Shown here in pieces: positions 1 to 13,680 of a DNA stretch of 64,000 nt. The notes beneath the pieces were generated by a model that had not been told where the DNA came from, did not search any database, and saw only the letters and a list, made by a program, of their open reading frames with translations. The stretch lies in contig NC_057717.1 of the NCBI RefSeq assembly GCF_004010195.1, positions 104,660,937-104,724,936 on the forward strand, written 5' to 3'. Numbering within the stretch: the stretch's first letter is position 1; every line of letters begins with the position of its first letter. The stretch comes from Chiloscyllium plagiosum (taxonomy: Eukaryota). The translations under genes and the position numbers were made by a program.

Positions 1-591
1 AGGCATTCTTGCTTGATGCTGTTATGTGTCGTACTATCGTTGGGAATTCTTCTTTGGAAGGTGAGGGTGGACATTTTGCTTGACCTGATTTTTTTCTTAA
101 ACAACTCCGCCCCTAAAGCTAGTCTTGAATTTAGAATATATCTGTTCATTTAGACAATCTGATTTAATTAAATTGCAGATGCTGTCTGTGTTTAACTTCA
201 CACCTCTCAAATAGTGGAGATATTGCCTCTTTGCATGCACTTCACTTTGAACTTACTTCAGTTTTGATAGCAGTGGAAAAAAAATTCAGCCAAACCACTT
301 TAGTCAAAACTTTCCATTCTCAGTTACAACATGAAATTTTTCTTTTATTCCATTATCATTGACCTCTGGAGATTTGTTTTTTTTAAACTTTTAATCTCTT
401 TATGAGATTATAATGCTCACTAAAATTTTCTACTGCTTTTCCTTAGCTTTTGTTGGTTAATCTCTTTCTCCTTTTAAATGTGATTGACATCAATATATAC
501 CTGTCTACTTGGTTGTGAATTATATATTTTTTTCAGCATTTTATGTCCCTGATGTTGGAGAGGTGCTTGTAGCATACCTTTAACATTAATG

Positions 592-827
592 GGGAGAAAG
601 TGAGGACTGCAGATGCTGGAGATCAGAGTCGAGAGTGAGGTGCTAGGAAAGCACAGCAGGTCAGGCAGCATCTGAGGAGCATGAGGATCGACGTTTCGGG
701 CATAAGCCCTTCATCAGGAATTCTTCTCTTTACAATTCTTGATGAAGGGCTTATGCCCAAAATGTCGATTCTCCTGCTTCTCGGATGCTGCCTGACATGC
801 TTTGCTTTTCCACCACCATATCTCTAT
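592..827. mobile_element. fold-back Penelope-like terminal-repeat insertion with hammerhead motif
   Basis: inverted arms; TSD tttaacattaatg at 579-591 and 828-840; minus-strand CTGATGA-agggcttatgccc-GAAAcgtc at 690-717. Confidence 0.75.
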
Positions 828-854
828 TTTAACATTAATGACCAATTTCGGTTC

Positions 855-2065
855 TGACAGGGCCACTCAGCTCCTGACTTCATTACAGCCTTGGTTCAAA
901 CATGGACAAAAGAGCTGAATTCCAGAGATGAGGCGAGAGGGACAGCCCTTGACATCAAGGCTGCATTCGGCCAAGTGTGGCACCAAGAAACCCTAGTAAA
1001 ACTGGAGTTAGTGGGTATCGGGGGCAAACTCTCTGCTGGTTGGAGTCATTCCTGACACATAGGAAGATGTTTGTTGTTGTTGTTGGAGGTCAGTCATCTC
1101 TGCTCCAGGACATTTCTGCAGGAATTCCTCAGGGTAGTGTGCTAGGCCCAACCACCTTCAGCTGCTTCATCAATGACCTTCCCTCCATTGTAAGGTCAGA
1201 ATGGGGATGTTCATCGATGATTGCACAGCGTTCAGCAACATTCATGACTCCTCAGATACTGAAGCTGTCCGTGGCTTAGGCTGACGAGTGGCAAGTAATA
1301 TTTGTTCCACTCAAATGCCAGACTATGTCTCTTGTTGGTGATGGTCAATCTAACCACTGCCCCTTAATTTTCAATTGGGTTACCATCACTGAATCCCCCA
1401 CTATCAATATCCTGGGGTTGCCATTGATCAGAAACTCAACTGAACTCACCACATAAACACAACGGCTACAAGAGCAGGCCAGAGGCTAGGAATATTGTGG
1501 CAAGTAACTTATCTCCTGACTCCCAAAAGCCTGGCCACTATCGACAATGCACAGTCAGGAGTGTGATGGAATACTCCCCACTTGTCTGGATGGATGCAGC
1601 CCCAACAATACTCAAGAAGCTTGACACCATCCAGGACAAAGCAACCTGCTTGATTGGCACTATATCCACAAGCACCCACTCCCTCCACCACTGATGCTCA
1701 GTATCAGCAGTGTGTACTATCTACATTTGCACTGCATCAACTCACTAAGGATCCTCAGACAACACCTTCCAAACCCACGACCACTTCCATCTAGAAGGGC
1801 AGCACTTATATGGGAACACCACCACCTTCAAGTTCCCTTCCAAGCCACTCACCATTCTGACTCAAATATATGGCTGTTCCTTCACTGTCGCTGGGTCAAA
1901 ATCCTGGAATTTCCTCTCTAATTGCATTGTGGGTCAACTGACAACAGGTGGACTGCAGCGGTTCAAGAAGGCAGCTCACCACCACCTCCTCAAGGGCAAC
2001 TAGGGACAGGCAATAAATGCTGGGCCCAGCCAGCAATGCCCACATTCCACAAATGAATAAATTTT
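855..2065 (+). mobile_element. 5'-truncated CR1/L2-group LINE (RT C-terminus + 3' UTR)
   Basis: GIPQGSVLGPTTFSCFINDL RT motif and VRSVMEYSPLVW, with frameshifts; ends in aatgaataaa. Confidence 0.85.
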
Positions 2066-3929
2066 TCAAAAAAAGGAACGCAGTGCAGAGCCTTCTGGAC
2101 CATGTGAGACCATGTAGTTGGCATCTGATGGCTCTAAGCAGTGTTTTGACAATCAAAGTTCATTGTCTGGTAAGATCATGACACTTTCTCATGTGTCTAA
2201 CTTGAAATTCGTGAGCTGCCTATTGATATAAATGTTTGCATGCCGAAATGTTTGGTCTGAATCACTGATATCCCTTGGAAAACTTCTGCTTTATCCTCTA
2301 CTGTCCTATTTTATTTATGTTTCTGTGCCAGTAGTTCTCCAGTCTTTTGCTTTTCTTGGCTCTGTAAGGCTTCAGTGCATATTCTGAAAGGGATCTACTT
2401 TCTCACAATATAAACATTCATTTTTATAAGCTGGACACTGTTTGTTTTATGAAGTTTCTTTGCTCGACAGTATTGTGTCTTGGCCGGGGGCATGAAGAAA
2501 AATATTTAAAAAAAACTGCATTTCTTTCTATATTTTCATGTTTACGTTTTGTTCGCTTTAAAAACATTGACAACATTGCTGGCCAACGTTCATGTTTTCA
2601 GAACCTTCCGAAACCTCTACATTATATAGACATTTCAGTTAAAGCTGACAGAAAGGACTTGGTGTTATGGACCAGACCAAACCCTCCTCAAAATATATTA
2701 AGAAGATAGCCTAGATCCAATGTTTTTCTTATTTTAAAGGTAAGTGTAAGGTATTGCATTCCAGATGCAATTTAATTGGTCAAACTTCTCAAATAAAACA
2801 CATGTTATTTTTAAACTATAGTTAAAACACAGATAAAACAACAAAATAGAAAGAACTGGCCTAACTGTAACTCTATTGAAATCCTTAACAAAATAATGTA
2901 TATATATTAACTAGTATTAATTAACTGTTCCAACTCTGTCTCAACCTTTCTCCATAAGAAAACAGGACAAACTATACCTATTAAAGACATAGTATTGTCA
3001 CATTTGGAGACAAGCCATCTGATTCTAGCCAGCTCCTGACAAAGAAAAACCTCCAGATCCATTCTGCTAAAATTGGTGCTAATGGTTTTAGTACCTCATC
3101 ATCTGTCAATGGAAACTCTGATGTGAGAGGTAAAGCTACAATGTTCACTTAATGACCTTCCACTGAGATATGCCATCAGCACCTGAAATGTCTGTCCTTG
3201 TCAGATGACTGAAACAGCAGCTCATTAAATTGCTTAAAAATACAGTTCTGGGATTCTAAATCAATTGCTGTTTGAATTTTGCAGGGGGAGAACTCCTGGC
3301 TGAACTGATAGCCTGCCCTCAGACCCTCCATCTCTGGTTCCAAGTTGCTGGCTGGACAGAAGACAACTTTGCCTGCCTAGCTCACTGAGGAAACTTTTAT
3401 TGGACATTGACCTCCTGGAAATTGTAATTTACATGAATTTTTAATTATTTAATACCCATGGATTTATCAACCTTGTAATTTGTAACCTACCTCCTCTGGT
3501 CTTTCTTAATTTCTGAGTGTATGTGTGTATGTATGAGTGAAGCAATTCCCCATGTTTTGAATGTTTTATTAAGAAATCCTATTTTTGATTTCATCTTAAG
3601 GAGTTTGTTGTGAGAATTTATTTCAAAGGTTGGAAACTGAAACCCGTGGTTTAGAAACATCTTTCAAACTACCTCAGTAAGGGAGAGGAATGAAAAGAGA
3701 AAGGAACAAATCAAACAAATACCTTTTTGTTTCTGGCTTAAGATAGAAAATTAGATTATGATTTTCCTAAATTTCCCATTTATCTGTGACCTTTTACTGT
3801 CTGGAAGCCGTCCTACCAACTGCATTGACATACTAAATGTGTCTTTTGTTGGTTTTTCCTCAAGAAATGAACAGATTCTGTAGATCTCTTGTGGAAAGTT
3901 ATAAATTCTCCTCTTAGGATTCATCTAGT

Positions 3930-4420
3930 TTGCTTCGGCATCTCTGCTTCACTCACCATCTGAATGGCTTTCTCTAGAGTTAGGTCTCTTTCAGACAATG
4001 TGATAATGACTCCTCAATAACGCTTATAAAAATCTAGTCTTTCATGAATTCTGAATTTAGGTCAATATTGTTGCATCTTTCCAAGCCTGAAGACTCCATT
4101 GATGAAATTGTCTCTGGAATCCTGAAACTTGCGCTTTCAAGAATGTTATTTATTCTGAGGTTGAAATAATTGTCAAAGCATTTCAATATCTTTTGAATTT
4201 GTTGGTTTCATTTACATCTTGGTCAGCAAAACCATCAACTGCTATTCTTCAAATTGTGCACAGAAGTGTATGTACTTGCTGCTACCTTCTTAATGTCTAG
4301 TTCAGAAGTACTCTATAGTTCACAAATTGTTTTCCTCAGGATGTCCAATTTGTGTTCTACTTGACCCAACTCTGAAATTAAGTTTTCCTGGCAATTCTAT
4401 TTCTGATGCCATAGCTTCAT
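3930..4420 (-). pseudogene. degenerate Gypsy gag remnant
   Basis: frameshifted minus-strand translation ILKCFDNYFNLRINNILE...SEFMKD...DLTLEKAIQMVSEAE; lies downstream of the LTR. Confidence 0.6.
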
Positions 4421-5265
4421 GTCTTTCACAACTTTTTATTCTGTAGCAATGGTAGTTTTTACATATTTTACAGCTGTATGGGGAGGAGGAGTTGCCCACC
4501 ACTTTACAGCTGTAATGGAGGTTTTCCTGTACTTTAGTCTTGCTATGACTCCTGCTACATTCTCATTGTTTTCTAAAAACATTTGTGTGTTGATTCAAAG
4601 TTGCATACTTCTTTAAATTGCCCAACACATTCTGATTTAATAGCATGGCTAGCACTTTCCTCAGCTCTCTGCGCCTCGAATATATGGGTTTTCAGTCATT
4701 GCCCTCTTAGTTTTGTTTTTGTAGTTGCGCCTTATAGTATTCACTTCATGACAGTATCCATGCTATGGTAATGATATACAATTAGAGTTGCATTTTGTTT
4801 TTAAATTACTACCCTTTTAGCATGAGTTGTGTCATTGTTTGAGGTTTTATGTGTCGTAATAGGGAGTTTTGGCTTTAATCTTCAATTTCTGGTTGGCTCA
4901 GCAGCTCAACTTGGATTCAGGACTGTTTCAGCACATGACAGCCTTGTGATGTAGGCTGGACTGAAGCAATAGAGTTGGAGGTTTCTTTTATTCCTGGATG
5001 TTTTCCCTCAGGTTTGAAATGCTCTGTGTCATTCTCTGAAATTAGTCTTTTATATCTAGTGTTTCCATGAGGTTGCCATCTTTACCAAACAGCAGTATCG
5101 GCTTGTCTTGAAATCTTCTGGGCCACCTGCATGTTTTTTTGTTTTTTTTCTTGAAGGCTGAAGTCTAATCTCTCTAATTTGACATTATTTAGAAATAGTG
5201 CTTGTCATAACTGCTCACTAAGTTGGGCCAGTGGACCACCACTGTCACCATACCACAATGCACCA

Positions 5266-5569
5266 TGTTGTATTGCTGAAGTAGTCTGGTGTGAATAAGG
5301 ATTGCCAGCTTTCTGATCTAACTAAAAGAGTCTTATTGGGTAACCAAGAGGAAGTTTATTGCATTACTGTAACTATTTACAGATTACATGAACCGGATCT
5401 ATGTTACTTCAGAGACTGTTAGGTATATCCTAGCCTTAAGTCTGCCTCCTACAAGCTGACCCTTTCCTCTGACCAAGTCCCCATGACAATTTCACAGTGG
5501 GTGGTGCTTATTGCACTCTATCAAGCATTAAATCTTCCAGGCTCATACACAACTCAATACAATACAACA
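5266..5569 (-). mobile_element. LTR of a Gypsy-like retrotransposon
   Basis: perfect terminal inverted repeats TGTTGTATTG...CAATACAACA, immediately followed on the minus strand by a TGG PBS-like start. Confidence 0.6.
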
Positions 5570-8169
5570 TCTAAACCGTTTCACATTATTAAATACTAAC
5601 TTCTTTTCAGAGCATATTATTAAGGCAGTTAACTAAAAATGTTCAAGGGTATGATTAGTTGCATCTGTTACTGTACAACCATTTAATACGGTCAAATCTA
5701 GTTCCCCATATTTTTTTCATAGTGGTGTTAATGTATTTAACATCCTCACTGAAGTGCTGGGGAGAATAATTGGACATGACCATGCTTAGTGTCAATCTGG
5801 AAACACTCTGCAAGTAATTTTTATCCTTAGCTGATGTTAATTGCAACATAGGGTTGCATGAAAATGTAACAATGAATTCATGGATTGCTATTATATTTGG
5901 GGAAACTTCTATCTCCTTAGAAGGCCAAATTTGTTTGTCTTTAGTCAGCTTATTGTGAAAAGCATGGCCATAATTCATATAATGCTTTATCACAATTGTT
6001 AGGAAAACATCAAAGTGTTTGATGTATGATGATTTACTAGAAAATGCAACAACAATTTGTAAAGCTCAAAGAAACACTGATATTACAGTTATAAATCTAC
6101 ATGAACATCAGAAGTAGCAGTCAACTCCTACATTTGAGATTCTAACATGCCAAAGAACAAATGAAACACAATCTTACAAAATAAATACTCAAATAATTCA
6201 CATTCTCCTACCGTTTATTTTTCTCATAATCTCCTCTTCTCAATTTTCAGTCCTTTCAGGAAAACCTGAATTCTAGCTTTTGGAATCATTAATGTTTTCT
6301 ATCATTTTAAAGCATTTTGTTTCTGGCCTTTCATAGTTGTTGTCTTTGTCTTGTTCATTTTGAAAGTGAATAAAAAGTACAACTGCCCTGATTATCTAAA
6401 TACCAATTCTAAAAGATGAATTATCAGACAAACATTTGGCAACACCTGAATATTTACAGGTCTGGGTCACAGATTTCACCTTTTAAACTTCTGAAATATT
6501 TTGTTCCGACATGAAAGAAAGGAAATTATATGAATGCAATTGTGCAGATATCGTTCAGAAGCATAGCACCTAAATCCATAAAAACCTCTAAAGTTTGTAT
6601 GGTTTAAAAGGGTTGGGGGGAAAAGTCCAAATAATTATGGTTCAAGTAAAATCCTTCTCCGTATGGACTACGGGAAGGGAGGGAATTGTAACTAAACAAA
6701 ACAAATTCTCCAAAGTGCAAATGTTTTGTGAAACATCTATTGCCCAAAATATTTAATTTGTATGGCCTAACAGCTTTTTAGAAAAGCAGAAGGGAGACAG
6801 CATTCTTGGTGTAACTTATTGGATCTTAATAAAAGAGGAAATGAATAATCATATATTCCAGCCATATCATTGCAAAATTTTGAGCCCAATAAATTCAAAA
6901 GAGGCACCATGCATTAGAATTTCCTGAATCATGTCCCTGAAGTCTAATTTATTCTTTTTTAGGGGACCAACTCTTGCTTAAAATGATTTGCTTCTTCTCA
7001 ATGATTCCTAGAGAGGATTCCTCATCAATACACATGTCTCCTGTGACCATCCATCCAACAATTGGCTAGCAGAAGTAATATTACAAATTGATGGGGAAGC
7101 AAAAAGGAGGAGGGTTACAGAGGTAAAAGTATTTGATTGGACATGGTCAATGTTTGCTTTCTCTGCGTAAAATCACTGTGGAAGGTCGCGTTTTCCTAGC
7201 CTAGACGATGAGTGTTAGTGGGTTACTTGGCCATAAGCACATTAGAACTGAGCCTCACTATGTTTTCATCAAGTGACAGTGCAGTGATCAAATTCCAACA
7301 GACAGTGTTCAGGAGTAGGAAACTGGGATAATTATTTTCTCGAAGTGTTCTACAGCTAAATGTAAAATCCTTGATGTCAAGCTGGCTGAGTAAGCTAATT
7401 CATCACAAACGAATCCAATGTAGAACCAGCCAGCAGAATCTTGAAATGACATGCACATACACGCAATGGACGGATAGTTATTGAAATATCTTACAGTGAA
7501 ATCTTCTCTTCTGGGAATTTTATTGTATAATGTTGCTGTCCACTATTTCTTCCTCAACTCCTCTAGCTAATGACAGCTGCTGCACAGATGCATATTATTT
7601 ATCACCTCAAAATTATCTTAAATTAGTCAGAAGGTTCACTGCTCATTTATACTTGGCATCTGCTTGGATAGTAACAATTTGAAGGTAGGTAAAAACAAGG
7701 ACCGCAGATGCTACTAACAATTTGAAGACAGTCCCACTAACTGATGAGCAAGATAAGATCCAATACTCATATCAAGAATAAATCAGTAATTTAGAATCTT
7801 TCTGTTTTGATTACTGTATTGTTTATCACTGATTTACTGATTGCTTCTCCAACACATGTACTTAACATTGTACAGGAAGCAAATAGGATGGAAGTATATT
7901 CTAAACGTATGGAAGAGTCCTGAGTGCATTGTTAAACATCACATTGCAAATAATGAACACACTAAGCCGTGGTTTGACAGTGAATGAAATCCTTGGACCA
8001 AAGACTTTCTCCTCCTAATGCCTACCCCATTGAAAGAAAATCTACAAAGAGATAATTTCAGTACTTAGGACTAGGGTTAATTGTTCATTGCACAAAATAG
8101 GTTGTGTTCATTAATTAATGCAGGTGGGGCAAAGGTTATTCATCAAAGTTGCTGGAGTTGGAGAATTGA

Positions 8170-8910
8170 AATGAGTGGAACTAGGGTTATTTATGGCAAC
8201 AGATATACACTATTGGGTTGTGATTACTGTATATTGGGACTGGGTTTGTGTTTGTGATAAATTGGGGCTAGATTTGTGATTTCAATAGGTTGGGTTGGTG
8301 TTATGATGAGAGAGTGTGTGGTGCTGGAAAAGCACAGCAGGTCAGGCAGCCGCTGAGTAGGAAAATCAACGTTTCGGGCAAAAGCCCTTCATCAGGAATA
8401 GATTAGTGTTGATATTGTGATTATATAGGGTTGACATTATGATTACAGGAGATTGAGGTTGGGGGTGTTGAATACAAGAGATTGGGTTTGAGGTAATGAT
8501 TATAAATGATTGGGGTTGGAATTGTGATCACAGGAAATTGGGATATGTGACTACAGGAGATTTGTATTGGCATTGTGAGTAGAAGATTTGGGTTTAGGTT
8601 CTGATTACAGGAGATTTGGGGTTGTGGTTTCAGTAGGTTGGGTTGTGAATGTAAGACATTTGGGTCTGGTTTCTGATTGGGTTGATTATTTGAGATTGGG
8701 GTTTGGGTTGTGATTATCAGAGGTTGAGATTAGGTTGATTATATGAGATTGGGGGTTGTGATTACAGGAGATTGGACTTGGGTTGTGATTATAGTTAGGT
8801 GGAGTTGCTGTTGTGATTACAATAAGTAAGGATTGTGATTACAGTTCCTTGGGGTTGTGCTTAAATTAGATTGCAGTTGGGGTTGAATTTAAAGTCCATT
8901 GCGACTGGGA
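8170..8910. repeat. degenerate G/T-rich tandem repeat (~21-27 bp)
   Basis: recurrent gggttgtgattacaggagatt. Confidence 0.8.
8308..8398 (-). mobile_element. same family, single arm with hammerhead core
   Basis: gtgctggaaaagcacagcaggtcaggcagc...; core CTGATGA...GAAAcgtt at 8368-8395. Confidence 0.7.
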
Positions 8911-9058
8911 ATCATTAACAACACTTTAGACTTTTGAAATCATTTTGCAAAGGTTTTTCAATTAAATTGTTAAGTAGCTTTTTCACATTGCCAGAATTGC
9001 ATGCAGGATATATGAATGTTCATTCTATTTCCAAGGTCTGTGAACCCTGCAGACCCAC

Positions 9059-9294
9059 CTGTCTATGAGGGACACACTCGCGACCCGCACTGGGTGACCG
9101 GGACCATCGCCTGTCCCTCGATCGAGGTCTGCTGTACTCATGCCGCTCCTCGGAGTAGCGTTCCTTGTCTGATGATGTGTGGTGATGGTGGTGATGGTGA
9201 TGTTTCCTATCTTTGGGTCTTCCTCGCTCACGATCCTTCTCCTTTGGAGGAAGGTCACCTGATTGTGTTGTGGTACTGAGGTCTGTTCCAAGCC
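9059..9294 (-). CDS. CACNA1A: Cav2.1 exon (~exon 46) with His8 tract, 236 nt
   Basis: atatag|GG...CAG|gtgggt; encodes [79 protein letters not shown] (this frame is absent from the ORF track). Confidence 0.96.
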
Positions 9295-10355
9295 CTATAT
9301 CAATAAAAGCTGATCATTTAGGTAAAGAAAAAGAAATCAAAAAATGTTTAGAAAGAAGGACTTGCATTTTACAGTACCTACAGTTTCTCTCAGAATTGTT
9401 TGAACATATTTTACATAAAAGGAGTCATTGCGAAGTACAGTGACTGTTGGCATATTAAAAAACAGCCATCTATTTTGTACATGAATTTCCTAAGCCAGAC
9501 TTCTCTCATTGTTTAATTTTCAAATACTGTGGAAAACCTGGCATGTTGCATAAATTAAAACAAAATCACAGGATAGTGGCTATTGCTATGTATAATTTGT
9601 TTCTGTGATCAGAAAACACAGAACATTGATTGAATACAAACTTGTGAAATAAACAATGGAGTTGATAGGAAAATAACTGATAATGTTGCAATGCCTGATT
9701 GACATCCAGAATAGATTGATGTTTCCTTTCCAAAGGAAAAGTGATGAAAGTGCTGATTTTTACAAAATTAAATGTTTATCATTTGGTTGATATTTATGTG
9801 CTCTTCAAACTGCCTAATGATTCAAGCACTCCATCCTGGTCTGGATAGATCCATCAGTATGAAAGCGTAATGGTGTAACCTTCAAAACTTTGAATGCAAG
9901 ATGTTCAAATTGCAGATAGACAGAATGCCATTTGCAAAACTGAGATGGTAAACATGGTTCTCTTTGAATATGATCCTTGTATTTATGCAGGAGTCTATAT
10001 GGTATTGATAAAACATCTCAGATTTGCTCCTCTTACAAACCTGTATTCCTCAGCAGCATCATCCCCATTACAAGAACCCTTAAAATCATTCTTATTCTCA
10101 CAACTTGTGACATCTTTTTTCTCTTGGCAATTCTATGTGTAAGTTGTTCTCATTGGTTGCAGGCCCACTGGTGACTAATCAGGCCTATCTGTAAGCATAA
10201 AAATTTTCCACAGTGGGTGCATGTTAAGGTATAGTCATTGCTGGGGGCAATTTGATCCATTATTTTCCTGTTTCTCTATGATGATGGCTCTTGCACCATG
10301 ATGTGACTATCCTCAATTAGGTAAACTTGGAACAACTCAGTTAATTCAATTTAGT

Positions 10356-10448
10356 CTGAGTCAGTGGTGCTGGAAGAGCACAGCAATTCAGGCAGCATCC
10401 GACGAGCAGCAAAATCGATGTTTCGGGCAAAAGCCCTTCATTTTTACC
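10356..10448 (-). mobile_element. same family, truncated
   Basis: TSD taattcaatttagt at 10342-10355 and 10449-10462; core incomplete. Confidence 0.7.
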
Positions 10449-11783
10449 TAATTCAATTTAGTGGTCTATATTCTTCTGATGATGCAGAACATCACTTTTC
10501 TCATAAACTGATCATTAGTTTACTGTGTGACATACTATTTATTCTGTAAATGAACATAACCAAATAAGAACAATGAAAGAAAGCACAAGCAAAAACCCTC
10601 CCTCCAAACCCATAAAATGCAGACTACCAAACAAATGCTGTCTAAAACAATGAATGCACTGCTATAAGTTTTAGGATAGAGTATACTGATATCTGTGAGA
10701 AAAGGACAAGGAACTTCAAAATTTTAAGAGAAGTGGAGAACTACTTAATCAATTACACTCAATGTCTTTACCTTATCAGTCCCACTTTTCCCAAAACCCT
10801 CCTTTTCTTGAGGAACATATTAAATTCTCTTGATCTTATACAATTTTGTTTCAAAGGTTTTCTTGATCAGTAATTCTCTGTATTATCCACTGATCTGTTT
10901 GCATTTTTCAATTTTAAACAATATTCCTTGGCCTTTGACGATTTTGTCTTTATGTATAACTTGTTTAAGTCAACTGCATCAGCCTCACTTTGATTTACTT
11001 ATCACTAGACTTTTGAAAGTCTAATTTCCAACATACAATTTTCTCACCTAAGTACAGGTGTATAGAAAGAGACATTGATGAAGGTGTGGCAAATAAACAT
11101 AAATTATGGAATTTTATGGAATACAGCAAGTGGTTCCTTCTTGGGATCATTACATTACTTGTATGAACAAAGATAGGCAAAATATATTCTGTATCAGGCT
11201 ATATTCCAAAACCTTCTGTATTTTTCTCTCCACTGTTTTTCTTTTCCTGCTTTTCCTCCTTTCCCAAGCAATATTGGGATAGGATTCTATGGCTGTCAGG
11301 TGTCATTTGGCTCTTCCTGAATGAGAATTCTTCACAGTGCATGTCAAAAGGTCATTAAATGCCAGGGGCAATCATATCCAGACCCAATCTTGTCATAAAC
11401 CAAACACATATAACTTTGTCAACATGAAATTGTCAGAAGCTAAATTTCTGACTGTGTTACTACCCTTCCCAGCTGAAAGACACTGAATTGTGGCTTTGAT
11501 ATTGCTCTGGCTAACTATAGCTAACTCAACACAGACCAAGAGTGGGCTTGAATCCTGCTGGCTCTGTATATGGCTTAGCACTTCACTAATTGATATCGTC
11601 ATCGCCTAATATACCTCCTGTAAATTTTAATATGGTTGGGGCATGAATTTAATTCCAATTGGACCTCATACATAATCCCTGATGTATCAATATATCAAAT
11701 GTATAGGCTAATTCCGTCCAAGAATATTTTTCTACACTCTGGAAATTTTGCTGCTGCCTTCCAATTGAATACTAAAAGCTTAC

Positions 11784-11976
11784 CTGTGTCAGCATCTGTA
11801 TATCGGCTCTGCGACCTTTCAGAAGTCCTGTGACCCCTTTCCCTACGGCGATGGGATCTTTGTGATTCCTCTGGGATGACCCGCTCTAGCGAATAGTCAT
11901 CCAGACGCATGCCTTTGGAGCGCTGATGACCCAATGTGGATGCTGATCTCTTAATTGGGCTTGTATCTTCAATAGT
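11784..11976 (-). CDS. CACNA1A: Cav2.1 exon (~exon 45), 193 nt
   Basis: tcacag|ACT...ACAG|gtaagc; encodes [64 protein letters not shown](G). Confidence 0.96.
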
Positions 11977-12289
11977 CTGTGACACCAAGGAAAATCCAGA
12001 TTACTTAAAATAACCATACTGACATCATTAAAACGTAGAGTGAAGAGCACAGCGTGTGAAAAGCAACAGGATTGTGTGGAAATGCACAGCACTTGGGGGA
12101 ATGCCTTATTATTTATTTGCCTGTTGAATCTACCTTTGCAATATCTTTGCATTGTCCTCCCTACAAAATCTTATTTCCTGTCACCATGTTTTTAACCCAC
12201 TCTTATGTCAGCTTTTTACAGTATTAATTCCTATTCTGCATTTTTAAGGGATCTGCCTATGTAAACCTGTCACACTAGAATTGCTTAAA

Positions 12290-12455
12290 AAAGCAAAATA
12301 TTGTGGATGCTGGAAATCTGAAACAAATGGAGAATGCTGAAAAACCTCAGCAGCTCTGGCAGCATCTGTGAAGAGAGGAACACAGTTAATGTTTTGAATC
12401 CGGTATGACTCCTCTTCAGACCTGCTGAGTTTCTCCAGCATTCTCTATGTTTGTA
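12290..12455. mobile_element. related subfamily, degenerate
   Basis: gatgctggaaatctgaaac...cagcagctctggcagcatctgtg with a partial inverted arm. Confidence 0.55.
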
Positions 12456-12539
12456 GTACGAAAATTACAACGTCCTTCCAGTGGTGGTGCTACTGTGCCT
12501 CGACACAGGCAGTCTTCATTATAAATGTGGACATAGTAA

Positions 12540-12545
12540 TTTATT
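12540..12545 (-). promoter_or_regulatory. candidate polyadenylation signal AATAAA
   Basis: TTTATT on the + strand at the end of an ~800-nt AT/U-rich UTR-like stretch. Confidence 0.35.
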
Positions 12546-13357
12546 ATGGCAGAATTGAGAGGAAGTGTGACAAATACATAATATTATGAAATATATTAAA
12601 GATATGTTAATATACATACACATAATTCTAATGCAGTTTATGTAACTTAGTGTATATATAGAAACACTGCACATATACCATCTGTACATATTAAGACTGT
12701 AATAGATGTATAAATACTTGTAATATGTATACCACCTAGAAACTACTAACTAAATGCATACTCTACCTATAAATACAGGTGCTTTGCACACAGGATACAA
12801 GATACCTATATGTACAGTACATAAACAAATTATAAATTGGTAAAATAAAAAAAAGCAACAGTTTTAACCTAACTCACCAAGCAGCAATTCCAGAGCATCA
12901 GGTGGAAGGCTGTTCTACAGCATATTTGACACTGACTTCAGCAAAGTTTAAAACAGGGTGCAGTATAAAATTAATGTTGCACATTACCCTACCCATTCCC
13001 AGGTTAGGATACAATAGTCATCGCAGTCTATACATACATTAAAAGGATTATTATGCCCAGATTTTCTGTAAATATTAGAATTAACTTAGTGGAAAACATT
13101 TCAGTTTATCCTTTTCGACACATACCTTACACATATTGGTTACAGAAATATGATCTATTCATGCATTTTATATATATATATATATATATTTATATGCTAA
13201 CCAAAATAAATACACTATAGAGTAGACATATACCTACATATATAGTATATGCCATTTATATGTTAAAAAAAGTCTACAAATATTTATAAGTTATCCATAC
13301 TTATTTTCATATACTATATATAGATACACAGCCTTTTAGTGTAGATGTTCTCCCCGT

Positions 13358-13680
13358 TCAGTACCACGAATGTCTTCTGTTCCCACTGCCCAAAAGTAAT
13401 AGTGTTTTTGTGTTTCCAGTCCTTAAAAATAGGAGTATTAGTGTGTTTGCAGTATCCAACACCTTAAGTGTTAGTGTGTTCCCACTGACTAGTAGAAATG
13501 TTGATATGTTTGCATTGCCCAATAGCAGAAGTGCTAGTGCAATCCCACAGCTCATTGGTAAGAGTGCTGGTGTATTCCCACTGTTTAATAACAGGAGTGT
13601 TTGTGTGTTTCCATTGCTAAATGGAAAGAGTGTTAGTTGATCATTGCAGGTCTGCTTTCCTCTCCGATTCTTACCTTTTC
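13358..13680 (-). CDS. candidate alternative terminal exon; ORF of 11-aa Leu-rich repeats
   Basis: AG at 13681-13682, then an open frame GKGKNRRGKQTC...(GNTxTLLLLxS)n...RRHSWY*; 33-bp degenerate repeat with synonymous-type variation. Confidence 0.4.

Noticed and set aside
9025..9291. Track ORF MEQTSVPQ...
   Set aside because: It is the wrong reading frame overlapping true exon 46.
13410..13640. Plus-strand ORF with VFPL repeats
   Set aside because: It is the antisense shadow of the 33-bp repeat; the codon-preserving variation and gene orientation favour the minus frame.
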